A DNA stretch of 64,000 nucleotides from an uncultured cyanobacterium. GTDB taxonomy: Bacteria; Cyanobacteriota; Cyanobacteriia; Cyanobacteriales; CAWUOF01. A program made the position numbers and the translations under genes. The stretch is from positions 6,528,001 through 6,592,000 of the forward strand of contig CAVUSO010000001.1 in assembly GCA_963744145.1 (NCBI GenBank). Direction: 5' to 3'. The first letter of the stretch is position 1; every line of letters starts with the position of its first letter. Of the stretch, positions 41,185 through 50,648 are shown piece after piece. The notes beneath the pieces are model-generated. The model saw only the letters and a program-made list of their open reading frames with translations, had not been told where the DNA came from and searched no databases.

Positions 41185-42246
41185 TTGAAACGTCTGTGGT
41201 CAAACCATACCTGGAGAAACTGGTTATCTCTGTGGTTAGTAGGATTAAGCTTAAGCTTAGCGATCGGCTCTTGTGCCCCAGCTAATAACACCAACCTGGG
41301 AACTGACAAAAAAGATGTGGAACTCACCCTGGTTTCTTTTGCTGTTACCAAAGCAGCCCATGACGCAATTATTCCCAAATTCCAAGAAAAGTGGCAACAA
41401 GAACATCACCAAAAGGTGATCTTCAAGACCAGTTATGGTGGTTCAGGTTCTCAAGCTCGAGCTGTAATCGATGGGTTAGAAGCAGATATTGTCCATTTAG
41501 CTTTAGCTCTAGATACCCAAAAAATTGAAAAAGCTGGACTAATTGAGCCCGGTTGGGAAAAAGAAGTCCCTAATGAAGGAATAGTCAGTAAATCTGTAGT
41601 CGCGATCGTCACCAGGGAAGGAAATCCGAAAAATATTAAAGATTGGCCCGATTTGGCTCAAGCAGGTACTAGCATAATTACTGGTGATCCGAAAGCTTCT
41701 GGTGGAGCTCGATGGAATTTTCTAGCTTTATGGGGTTCTGTGACCAAAAATGGTGGAAATGAAACTCAAGCTGAGGAATTTGTGGCTAAAGTTTATAAAA
41801 ATGTGCCAATTTTGACTAAAGATTCTCGTGAAGCTAGCGATGTATTTTTTAAACAAGGGCAAGGAGATGCTTTAATCAACTACGAGAATGAAGTTATTTT
41901 AGCTAACCAAAAAGGTGAAAAACTATCTTTTATTGTTCCTCAAGTAAATATTTCGATTGATAACCCTATTGCGGTTGTTGATAAAAATGTTGCTAAACAT
42001 AACACCAAAGAGATAGCGTCAGCTTTTGTCAAATACCTGTTTACTCCAGAAGCTCAACAAGAATTTGCCAAAATCGGTTTTCGAGTGGTTGACGATAGTG
42101 TTGCCAAACAATTTGCTGATAAATATCCGCCCATTAAGAATCTTTATACCGCTAAAGATTTAGGTGGTTGGACAGAAATTCAGAAAAAATTCTTTAATGA
42201 TGGGGCACTGTTCGATAAAATTCAAGGCACACTCAAGAAAACTTAG
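41185..42246 (+). CDS. sbpA: Sulfate ABC transporter substrate-binding protein
   Basis: SYGGSGSQARAVIDGL, SGGARWN and YENE motifs. Confidence 0.95.
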   Translation: MKRLWSNHTWRNWLSLWLVGLSLSLAIGSCAPANNTNLGTDKKDVELTLVSFAVTKAAHDAIIPKFQEKWQQEHHQKVIFKTSYGGSGSQARAVIDGLEADIVHLALALDTQKIEKAGLIEPGWEKEVPNEGIVSKSVVAIVTREGNPKNIKDWPDLAQAGTSIITGDPKASGGARWNFLALWGSVTKNGGNETQAEEFVAKVYKNVPILTKDSREASDVFFKQGQGDALINYENEVILANQKGEKLSFIVPQVNISIDNPIAVVDKNVAKHNTKEIASAFVKYLFTPEAQQEFAKIGFRVVDDSVAKQFADKYPPIKNLYTAKDLGGWTEIQKKFFNDGALFDKIQGTLKKT

Positions 42247-42270
42247 ACCGGATCATTTGATCATGAGAAC

Positions 42271-42309
42271 TAATGGCTAATTCAAATCACAGTTTTTAAT
42301 TAGCCATTA
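42271..42309 (+). other. Intercistronic hairpin after sbpA
   Basis: TAATGGCTAATT...AATTAGCCATTA. Confidence 0.5.
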
Positions 42310-42344
42310 ATCTCATCTCAGCAGTTTTAACGATTAAACTTAAC

Positions 42345-43190
42345 ATGACTACAACTACTGACATTCAATCCCTAGAAAAAAGTGAGTTAAAAATTACTTG
42401 GCCATGGCGGATTACGATCGGTTATTTAAGCTTAATGTTGTTGATTCCGGTCGCAGCATTATTCTTAAAAGCTAGCACTGAAGGACCGATTAATTTTTGG
42501 GAAATAGCGACTAATACTGTGGCAGTTTCTGCTTATAGTGTGACATTTATTACCGCCCTATTAGCAGCCTTAATTAACGGTTTTTTTGGCACACTAATTG
42601 CCTGGGTTTTAATCCGCTACGATTTTCCCTTAAAAAGGATTATTGACGCTGCGGTTGATTTACCTTTTGCCTTACCAACTTCTGTAGCTGGATTAACTTT
42701 AGCCACAGTATATAGCAATAATGGTTGGATCGGTTCTCTGTTAGAACCATTCGGAATTAAAGTTGCATTTACTCGTTTAGGAGTAATGGTAGCAATGCTA
42801 TTTATTTCCTTACCTTTTGTAGTGAGAACTGTGCAACCAGTAATGCAAGATCTGGAAAAAGCAGTGGAAGAAGCAGCATGGTCTTTAGGAGCAAATAAAT
42901 GGGAAACATTCGTCAGAGTAATATTACCACCATTGATTCCTTCGATTTTGACAGGTATAGCTTTAGGATTTTCTCGAGCTGTAGGTGAGTATGGTTCGGT
43001 GGTAATTGTAGCTTCTAATATTCCGTTTAAAGATTTAATTGCACCAGTGCTAATTTTTAAGAAATTGGAACAGTATGATTATCCTGGAGCTACGGTAATT
43101 GGAACTGTATTATTGTTAATTTCGTTGGTTATGTTAGTGGCAATTAATTTATTACAAGCATGGGGAAGACGCTATGACGATCGACATTAA
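42345..43190 (+). CDS. cysT: Sulfate ABC permease
   Basis: [21 protein letters not shown] and GEYGSV motifs. Confidence 0.95.
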   Translation: MTTTTDIQSLEKSELKITWPWRITIGYLSLMLLIPVAALFLKASTEGPINFWEIATNTVAVSAYSVTFITALLAALINGFFGTLIAWVLIRYDFPLKRIIDAAVDLPFALPTSVAGLTLATVYSNNGWIGSLLEPFGIKVAFTRLGVMVAMLFISLPFVVRTVQPVMQDLEKAVEEAAWSLGANKWETFVRVILPPLIPSILTGIALGFSRAVGEYGSVVIVASNIPFKDLIAPVLIFKKLEQYDYPGATVIGTVLLLISLVMLVAINLLQAWGRRYDDRH

Positions 43191-44055
43191 TCACGGTAAT
43201 AAAGCTGAGTTACCACCATCGGCTCGCACCGCACTGACAGATGAAAAGCCGATGGCAAAAATCGCTTTAATTGGAGTAGCGATCGCCTATTTATCTCTGA
43301 TTTTATTTATTCCGGCTTTGAATGTGTTTGTGCAAGCTTTTAAAAAAGGTATTGGTCCTTTTTTGAGCAACTTAACTGAACCAGAGTTTCTCCATGCGGT
43401 TTATTTAACCTTATTAATTACCTTAATTGTTGTCCCAATCAATACCATATTTGGTTTATGTGCAGCCTGGGCGATCGCCCGTCATCAATTTCCTGGACGT
43501 GCTTTAGTCATTAGCATTTTAGATATCCCATTTGCAGTTTCCCCAGTAGTAGTAGGATTAATGATTGTATTACTTTATGGACGCAATGGTTGGTTTGGTT
43601 CATTTTTAGAAACATACAACCTCAAAATTATTTTTGCTTTTCCAGGAATGGTCATAGCTACAGCCTTTGTGACCTTACCATTTGTAGCGCGTGAAGTAAT
43701 TCCGATCTTAGAAGAAACAGGTCCAGAACAAGAAGAAGTTGCCCGAACATTAGGTGCGAGCGACTGGGAAATTTTTTGGCGCGTTACCCTACCAAATATT
43801 CGTTGGGGTTTGCTTTATGGTGTGATTTTAACTAACGCTAGAGCCATGGGTGAATTTGGAGCAGTATCAGTTGTGTCTGGAAATATTGCCAATCAAACTC
43901 AAACTTTACCTTTATTTGTGGAGGAAGCTTATAAGCAATATCAAACCCAATCAGCTTTTTCAGCTGCGGTACTCCTAGCATTTTTGGCTGTGGTGACATT
44001 GATTTTAAAAGAAATTCTCGAACGTAAAACTCGCATTAAAGATGTTGAAGAATAA
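43174..44055 (+). CDS. cysW: Sulfate ABC permease
   Basis: PFAVSPVV and [10 protein letters not shown] motifs. Confidence 0.95.
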   Translation: MTIDINHGNKAELPPSARTALTDEKPMAKIALIGVAIAYLSLILFIPALNVFVQAFKKGIGPFLSNLTEPEFLHAVYLTLLITLIVVPINTIFGLCAAWAIARHQFPGRALVISILDIPFAVSPVVVGLMIVLLYGRNGWFGSFLETYNLKIIFAFPGMVIATAFVTLPFVAREVIPILEETGPEQEEVARTLGASDWEIFWRVTLPNIRWGLLYGVILTNARAMGEFGAVSVVSGNIANQTQTLPLFVEEAYKQYQTQSAFSAAVLLAFLAVVTLILKEILERKTRIKDVEE

Positions 44056-44108
44056 AATGAGGAAAAAGAGTGGATAATACTTACTTCCAGGTCTCAGGCT
44101 GACCACAA

Positions 44109-44354
44109 TTATCGCCAGTTGTTTGCCTCGAGTGTTCTTAAGTCTTGTCGGAAGTCTGCAATGCCATAATGAATGGAGATTTTACGACTACTCAAAATGC
44201 GCTGAAATTCTAATTGATTCATACCTGCAAACTGGCTGGCTGTGCCCAAGGTAATTTTTTCCTGCTGAAACAGCAGAATGGCAATTTCTAGCTTGAAATC
44301 GGCTTCAGAAATATGTGCCGCTTGCAGAAACTCATCAGGAATAACTAAACTCAT
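44109..44354 (-). CDS. UPF0175 family protein (putative antitoxin)
   Basis: LEIAI.LFQ..KITLG.AS pattern. Confidence 0.85.
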   Translation of the reverse strand: MSLVIPDEFLQAAHISEADFKLEIAILLFQQEKITLGTASQFAGMNQLEFQRILSSRKISIHYGIADFRQDLRTLEANNWR

Positions 44355-44462
44355 ACTTCAAAATCTCCTTTCGTGCTTAATTCAATCATAACCAACCGGA
44401 TTGGAATATAATAGACAATAGCGCCCACTTCATGCCATCAAAAGCCACTGAATTGTGATCAA

Positions 44463-45038
44463 TTGGGAGATCGATTGATGATTATTAATCCAAGCTCCAG
44501 CTACGTTTTGCCAGAAGAGTATCTGAAGGCAGAGCAGGACAGCCCAAGTAAGCATGAATACCGCCAGGGACTCATGTATGCAATGGCAGGGGCAAGCAAT
44601 GCTCATGTGCTTATTGCCGTGAATTTAGTTGCCATGTTGAGAAATCATGTGCGTGGCAGCGGTTGTCGAGTTTACACATCCGATACGAAAGTGCGGATTG
44701 AGACCGTTAATACCTATTACTATCCAGATGTAGCCATCAGTTGTGATGAGCGCGATCGAGCCTTCAAGGACTTTTTGCGCTATCCCTGTTTGATTGTGGA
44801 AGTGCTATCCGAGACGACAGAGGCGTTCGATCGGGGTGATAAATTCGAGGATTATCGACATTTAGACTCTCTCCAGGAATATGTGTTAGTCAGCCAAACC
44901 CGCAAGCGCGTGGAGTGTTTTCGGCGAAATGCCCAAGGTCAGTGGGTGCTGTATCCATTCGGTGAGGTTGACGGAATTCATCTGGCGAGTGTAGATTTTC
45001 GGTGCGCGATCGCAGATGTTTATGAAGATGTGGACTGA
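44463..45038 (+). CDS. Uma2-family endonuclease (distinct subfamily)
   Basis: YYPDV, VEVLS.TT..FDRG.KF..Y and SLQEYVLV motifs. Confidence 0.92.
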   Translation: MGDRLMIINPSSSYVLPEEYLKAEQDSPSKHEYRQGLMYAMAGASNAHVLIAVNLVAMLRNHVRGSGCRVYTSDTKVRIETVNTYYYPDVAISCDERDRAFKDFLRYPCLIVEVLSETTEAFDRGDKFEDYRHLDSLQEYVLVSQTRKRVECFRRNAQGQWVLYPFGEVDGIHLASVDFRCAIADVYEDVD

Positions 45039-45068
45039 TCGACTCCAAACCCGCAGGATGAAAATGAT

Positions 45069-45242
45069 TCATTCAGTGATTTTGTCTTCAACGCCCTTAA
45101 GAATCCGGGATAATTGGCTTTTTTCATCTACCGTAATTCGCGAGGGAGAATCGCTAACAATCCGTTCATCGTTGCGGAAGAAATCCTTAATTTCCGGTCT
45201 ATTAGGGCTAATCGGATATTCCCGAATCCCTTTATCGTGCCA
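45069..45242 (-). pseudogene. Decayed copy of the last 58 codons of kaiC
   Basis: 162/174 nt identical to 48537-48710, no indels. Confidence 0.95.
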
Positions 45243-45657
45243 CCAGATCCTCTATTTTTGCAGGCTCCGTAATTTCAACAAGATTAATATTCACAGCACT
45301 TCCGGCTGATAAAATCCCTTGTTCCTGGGCAATGGTCGGTTCAGAATTCAGTTTCAAAATAATTACTCCCATTAGGATCAATATTATTGCTCCTATTTTT
45401 AATGGACTCACCGACTCATTTAGCCAAAAAATTCCTATAACTGTGATTAAGACTGTTCCCATCCCAGACCAAACTGCATAAACGATGCTCACTTCGAGTT
45501 TTTTTAGGCTGAATCCTAAGATAGCAAAAGAGAGACCATAGAAGACAAAAGTTAAAATTGAAGGCAATATTTTAGAAAATCCTTCTGATAACTTCAGACA
45601 ACTCGTGGCGATTATTTCTAGAAAGATTGCCAAGATTACACATATCCAACTGATCAT
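45232..45657 (-). CDS. SMR/DMT small multidrug transporter
   Basis: LAI.LEI..T..LKLSEGF and YAVWSGMG motifs; stop codon lies within the kaiC copy. Confidence 0.9.
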   Translation of the reverse strand: MISWICVILAIFLEIIATSCLKLSEGFSKILPSILTFVFYGLSFAILGFSLKKLEVSIVYAVWSGMGTVLITVIGIFWLNESVSPLKIGAIILILMGVIILKLNSEPTIAQEQGILSAGSAVNINLVEITEPAKIEDLVAR

Positions 45658-45762
45658 GGTTTAAGTTCACTCCTTTTTATTCATCTTTAATTCTAAAAGG
45701 CATTGCCTTAGATGTTTGAAGTATTTTCCTATCTGCGGATCTTTGCTTGTAACGTTTAAGAT

Positions 45763-46545
45763 TTACCAGAGGGAACCAGCCGATACAGTTAGATCCTGCA
45801 TCGTAATACCCAAGGCTTCATCACGACACAAGAAAACAGCCAAATGGCCAATCTCTTTAGGTTGTATGATTCGCTTTTGCGGATTGATCTGTTTTAGTTC
45901 CGACATATATTGGGCTAAGTCTTTGCCTTGAGTTTCGGCAATTTCCCTCATCCAGTTTTTGCCTAAGTCAGTTTCTACCCAGCCGGGACTAATAGTATTG
46001 CAGGTGACATGATGAGGCGCACCTTCCAAAGCTACACATCGGGTTAGCCCCAATACTGCTGATTTAGAAGCACAGTAAGCGGCATTGGTTGGAGAACCTA
46101 CCGAAACAGCGGTAGAGCCAATATTGATAATACGCCCCCAGTTGCGATCGATCATTCCTGGTAAACAAAGCTTTATGGCGCGATAGACCCCATTGAGGTT
46201 AACATCAATGACTTGATGCCATATTTCATCAGAATGACTACACATTGACTGCTCCGCACCGATGCCGGCAGAATTGGCTAGGATGTCTACTTGGCCGAAA
46301 ACTTTGGTCACAGTATTGTAAAAAGCTTGCACCGAGTCAGTTGATGTGACATCAAGATTCATTGCCAGCGCCCTGACTCCATGTGCCTCAATTTCGTCTT
46401 TACATGGACTTGTTTCCGCAGTACGGGAACCGATCGCTACATCAGCTCCAGCTTCAGCAAAAGCGAGAGCTATCGCTCTGCCTATCCCAGAAGCTCCGCC
46501 CGTTACCATCGCCACACGACCTGATAAAAATCTCTCCCTACCCAT
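45763..46545 (-). CDS. Short-chain dehydrogenase/reductase
   Basis: TGGASGIG, YCASK and PGWVET motifs. Confidence 0.95.
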   Translation of the reverse strand: MGRERFLSGRVAMVTGGASGIGRAIALAFAEAGADVAIGSRTAETSPCKDEIEAHGVRALAMNLDVTSTDSVQAFYNTVTKVFGQVDILANSAGIGAEQSMCSHSDEIWHQVIDVNLNGVYRAIKLCLPGMIDRNWGRIINIGSTAVSVGSPTNAAYCASKSAVLGLTRCVALEGAPHHVTCNTISPGWVETDLGKNWMREIAETQGKDLAQYMSELKQINPQKRIIQPKEIGHLAVFLCRDEALGITMQDLTVSAGSLW

Positions 46546-46547
46546 AG

Positions 46548-47327
46548 TTATAAGGATTTCAAAATAGTGCTTACTACAATACTCATCCGCTTCTCTTCAG
46601 CGATTACTCCATGAGCAAGAGGCTTAATTTTAGCAAGCGCATCAACATTTTTGAAATGTGTCTGAAACTGAAAGCCTGTATAGACAAGAATTTCTCCAAT
46701 GTCAAGCGTTATCATTTGAGGTTTAGTAGCGCCTTCCGGCTGGATCATTAAATTTGATGTCGGTCCAATAATGCTTTGAATAAAGCTCTTATCCCGGTGC
46801 ATCTCTAGAATCACTTTTTCCCGATAATATGTAGGTTTTATTTGGAGAACACAGGAAAGAGCTGAATTGGGTTCTAAGTAACTTTTCAGCTTTTCCAGCA
46901 GGGGAGAATTTATGTAGCGGTTAACGAACTGTGCAATATCATATCCTTGGTTATGGGGCAATTTTTCAACTTCTGGGATGCTGTCTGAGTTCACATTATT
47001 CTCAGGTACAAAAAACGTATTTCTGTCACCTGAATATAAGTTTTTAGAATTGTAGTATTCAAGGGGAAACTTTTTAGCCTCATAGATATCGTCATATACT
47101 TCTGGCGGCCAGTAACCGGCCCGATATCCGGAGTTCCGAAAAACATAATCACCAGACTTAAATAAGTCTCTCTCTTGATCTGGTCTTTCAAAAAATTTTC
47201 GCATTGCCTCACGAAAGAAGACAATATTTTGATGCAATATCTCTAAATCATTTGGATTTACGACGGTTTTCAAGTAATCTTGTTTTAAGATTATATAGCT
47301 TTGCTCGCTAAACTGTTGAAACTTCAT
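46548..47327 (-). CDS. Putative 2OG-Fe(II) dioxygenase (IPNS-like)
   Basis: HxD (HRD)...H (LAHGV)...RxS (RMS). Confidence 0.65.
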   Translation of the reverse strand: MKFQQFSEQSYIILKQDYLKTVVNPNDLEILHQNIVFFREAMRKFFERPDQERDLFKSGDYVFRNSGYRAGYWPPEVYDDIYEAKKFPLEYYNSKNLYSGDRNTFFVPENNVNSDSIPEVEKLPHNQGYDIAQFVNRYINSPLLEKLKSYLEPNSALSCVLQIKPTYYREKVILEMHRDKSFIQSIIGPTSNLMIQPEGATKPQMITLDIGEILVYTGFQFQTHFKNVDALAKIKPLAHGVIAEEKRMSIVVSTILKSL

Positions 47328-47429
47328 GCTAATTCTCTCCTGATCGGCTAGGTAGTGTTTTTAAGGGAAAAGCCAGAGCTTGGCAGCCAATAATCTCGAT
47401 TCTGGGATTTGAGTTCCCTCTCTCTTTAG

Positions 47430-48186
47430 TTAGCTTTTTGGTATATTGGCTCCCTTTGTACCGATGATAGCGATATAGTATAGGGGGCGTCCGTCCATGT
47501 GAAATCGATGCTGATAGATATGTTGATCAGCAATCTCAAAAATGTCAGTTTCGGCTACCCAAGGGTGCGATGCCACAAAGGAAGTCTCGCTTTTGTCCTC
47601 CCAGCGTTCTTTCTGCACATTGAATGCAATCCAGCCATTGGGTGCGATCAGGTTAAATGCGTTAGCTAAACCTAAAGCAGGAATGTGATTAAACGCGAGT
47701 GCAGAAGTGCAAACCAGACAATTAAACCCTCGTTTGCTTAGGGTGTTCTGTGTTTTTTCGCTTAAATTGGTTAAGATCTTCAAGGTAGTAATTCTCATAA
47801 ACTCCGGAACATTGCCGTTTGGCAGCTTCAACTGCTTCTGGAAGAATGTCAATTCCAGTGATCGATTTGACTCCTAGATCCGCTAGAGCTTTGCCTACCA
47901 TTCCACTTCCTGCCCCAACTTCTAGCACTACTAGAGCTTTAACGTCGCCACCAGCTTGGGTGACTCGATCTATAAGTAAAGAAGACAATACGATATGGGA
48001 TTTAGCCTGCAACTTTTGCATTAAATATTCGTATAGATGTGGAATCCGATAAATTTGAGCATAGTCGTGTAATTTGAGTTTTTGTTTCTTTTGATTTTGA
48101 CTTAACCAAAAGAATTCTTCCTGGATAGGTAAGTTGCGAACCATTTCCATTTCTGGCAGTTGAACCTCAAAATCCGCTTTCTGCAT
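47430..48186 (-). pseudogene. Class I SAM methyltransferase, split by +1 frameshift
   Basis: VLEVGAGSG motif; two overlapping ORFs join as YYLEDL/TNLSEK near 47772. Confidence 0.8.
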
Positions 48187-48505
48187 ATCTGTTTCAAGTG
48201 TCTGTAATTGGTGAGAATGGAATTATAGCATTTTCAGCTAAGGAGCTTGATCAATATTCTAGTACCGAGACATTTGATTCTTGGCCAGAAAAGCTATTAG
48301 CTTGCTGATTTTAATAAGCCGTATTGATCACCATGGGTACAGAAGATCCATATCTAGATGCAAGTCCATTTTTTACCACCTGGTAAAATGTATTAGCAGT
48401 TATATTTTACTACTTGTTAGCCAAACTGAACCCTACATTGAGCAATATCATCAACTTGATAGCAATGGCATTGATGCTAATTTTGAAAAAAGTGGTTAGT
48501 AATAT

Positions 48506-48530
48506 TGCAGGAGTCAAACAGACTCCTGCA
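48506..48530 (-). terminator. Hairpin immediately after kaiC
   Basis: TGCAGGAGTC-AAACA-GACTCCTGCA, perfect 10-bp stem. Confidence 0.7.
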
Positions 48531-48536
48531 TCTAAT

Positions 48537-50117
48537 TCATTCACTGATTTTGTCTTCAACGCCCTTAAGAATCCGGGATAATTGGCTTTTTTCATCTACC
48601 GTAATCCGCGAGGGAGAACCGCTAATAATCCGTTCATAGTTGCGGAAGGAATCTTTAATTTCCGGTCCATTAGCGCTGATCGTATATTCCCGAATACCTT
48701 TATCGTGCCATGAACCCCGCATTTTGAAAACGTTAATAGCACGAGACATTTCACCTCGGATTTCCACATATTGCAACATTAAGATTGTGTCGGTAATAGT
48801 GGAAATATGGGAATCAGTAATAGAATGCGATCCCATAAATTGATCAGTCGTGTTAGTAAAAAATCCGGTAATTTCTTCTTGTTTAGCGTATCCAGTTACC
48901 CCAATCACAAATTGTCGGAAAGCATTATTACTGACTCCTCTGGCTAAAGCAGAAAGAGAATCGATCGCAATCCGAGAGGGTTTAAATTCGGCGATTTCCG
49001 TTTTAATAATTTGTAAATGGTCTTCTAGTCCCGCTGATTCCGGATAAGCACAGAGGATTCTTAATAAACCCTTTTGCTCCATTTCTTCAAAGTCAATTCC
49101 CCAAGAATAAGCATTACGGAGCAATTGGGCTCGAGATTCTTCATAAGCAAACATCATCGCCCGATCGCCCTTAGTACAAGCATTTTCTAAAAATTTGCTG
49201 ACTAATAAAGTCTTGCCACTCCCGGTTGCCCCAGTTGCTAGAATAATGGAATCTTTGAAAAAACCACCACCACACATATCATCGAGCGTTTTCACTCCTG
49301 AGGATACTCGCGCATTGGAAGAACGTTGAGTCAATCGCATGGCTCCCAAAGGAAAAATATTGATACCTTGACTGGTCATTGTGAAAGGATATTCTCCTTT
49401 CATGTGGGTTGTACCGCGTAGCTTTAAAATTTCGATCGTCCGACGACGACGCTCCCCTTCTAAAACATTACGAACTATTACCACATTATCGGAAACAAAC
49501 TCTTCTACGCCAAAACGAGCAACTTGACCATATTCTTCCACTCGCTCTGTGGTCATAATGGTCGTAGCCCCAACTTGTTTTAAGCGTGCCACTAAACGAA
49601 AGATTTCCCGTCTGACGACAGAAGCTGCATCATACTGTTGAAATACAGCTGTCACTGAGTCAATCGAAACTCGTTTTGCTTTATACTTGCGGATAGCATA
49701 CTGAATACGTTCAATTAAAGCAGACAGATCAAAATTGCCGATCACTTCTTGTCCATCCGGATCAGGGGAAGCATCTAAAATAAATAGTTTTCCTTGTTCA
49801 ATTAAAGATTGTAAATTCCAGCCAAAACTATAAGCATTCTTAATAATATCCGCTGGTGCTTCTTCAAAGGTAACGAATACTCCTGGTTCATCAAAATGGG
49901 TAATTCCCAGATACAGAAATTGAATGGCAAATAAGGTTTTCCCAGTTCCTGATGTCCCACTAACTAAAGTCGTTCGACCGATTGGTAGACCACCATGACT
50001 AATATCATCGAAGCCCTCAATCATGGTCAGAATTTTCTGGACTCCCAAAGATTTTGTTTTTAATTCTTGCTCAGGTTGATTAATTTCATTCATAGCTTTG
50101 TTTGTAAAGTTTTTCAC
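48537..50117 (-). CDS. kaiC: Circadian clock protein KaiC
   Basis: Two Walker A motifs (GTSGTGKT, GATGSGKT); ISTITD phosphosites. Confidence 0.99.
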   Translation of the reverse strand: MKNFTNKAMNEINQPEQELKTKSLGVQKILTMIEGFDDISHGGLPIGRTTLVSGTSGTGKTLFAIQFLYLGITHFDEPGVFVTFEEAPADIIKNAYSFGWNLQSLIEQGKLFILDASPDPDGQEVIGNFDLSALIERIQYAIRKYKAKRVSIDSVTAVFQQYDAASVVRREIFRLVARLKQVGATTIMTTERVEEYGQVARFGVEEFVSDNVVIVRNVLEGERRRRTIEILKLRGTTHMKGEYPFTMTSQGINIFPLGAMRLTQRSSNARVSSGVKTLDDMCGGGFFKDSIILATGATGSGKTLLVSKFLENACTKGDRAMMFAYEESRAQLLRNAYSWGIDFEEMEQKGLLRILCAYPESAGLEDHLQIIKTEIAEFKPSRIAIDSLSALARGVSNNAFRQFVIGVTGYAKQEEITGFFTNTTDQFMGSHSITDSHISTITDTILMLQYVEIRGEMSRAINVFKMRGSWHDKGIREYTISANGPEIKDSFRNYERIISGSPSRITVDEKSQLSRILKGVEDKISE

Positions 50118-50190
50118 TCCTCTGGTGGGAATGAATAGCTATCTAGCCCTAGCCGAAAATAAGTAAAAAGTCAAAAAAAATTACAAAAAT

Positions 50191-50523
50191 TTATTTTTCG
50201 GTTTCTTGTTCTGATAGCTCTTCATAAAGCAAGTCTAATCCAATTAATACCCGTTCCCGATCGGAAAGATCGCCGATAATCTTTCTGACTGGGGGTGGCA
50301 GGATTTTCGCTAAAGTAGGTGTAGCCAATATTTTATCTTCTTCTGCTAACTGCGGGTTTTTAAGTACATCGATCACTTTGAGCGCATAAACACCCTGAAA
50401 TTCATTTTCGAGAATATTTTTGAGGGTTTTCAACGCTTTGACCGAATTGGGAGTATTCCCAGCTACGTAGAGTTTGAGAACATAGGTTTTTTTTAAAGGA
50501 GTCATAGTTTTTTGATTATTCAT
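50191..50523 (-). CDS. kaiB: Circadian clock protein KaiB
   Basis: [21 protein letters not shown]. Confidence 0.99.
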   Translation of the reverse strand: MNNQKTMTPLKKTYVLKLYVAGNTPNSVKALKTLKNILENEFQGVYALKVIDVLKNPQLAEEDKILATPTLAKILPPPVRKIIGDLSDRERVLIGLDLLYEELSEQETEK

Positions 50524-50648
50524 GGATTACTATACCTGGGTAAATAGACTAGATAGTAACGAAGTAATCAGTGGAAAATTTATCATCAGCAATTATCCTG
50601 TAGTTATGACTAATTTACCTTTTCCCGATTAGTGATTCCCACCGATAT

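Noticed and set aside
41185..44055. cysA missing from the sulfate operon
   Set aside because: cysA is often encoded separately in cyanobacteria; cannot be judged from one window
45016..45309. 97-aa plus-strand ORF
   Set aside because: Antisense shadow of the kaiC copy and the SMR gene end
48281..48595. Short ORFs downstream of or overlapping the kaiC end
   Set aside because: No recognisable motifs; one is an alternate frame of kaiC crossing the terminator hairpin
45069..48710. kaiC repeat pair as a DGR template/variable repeat
   Set aside because: Mismatches are not adenine-specific in either copy or strand, and there is no reverse transcriptase in the window
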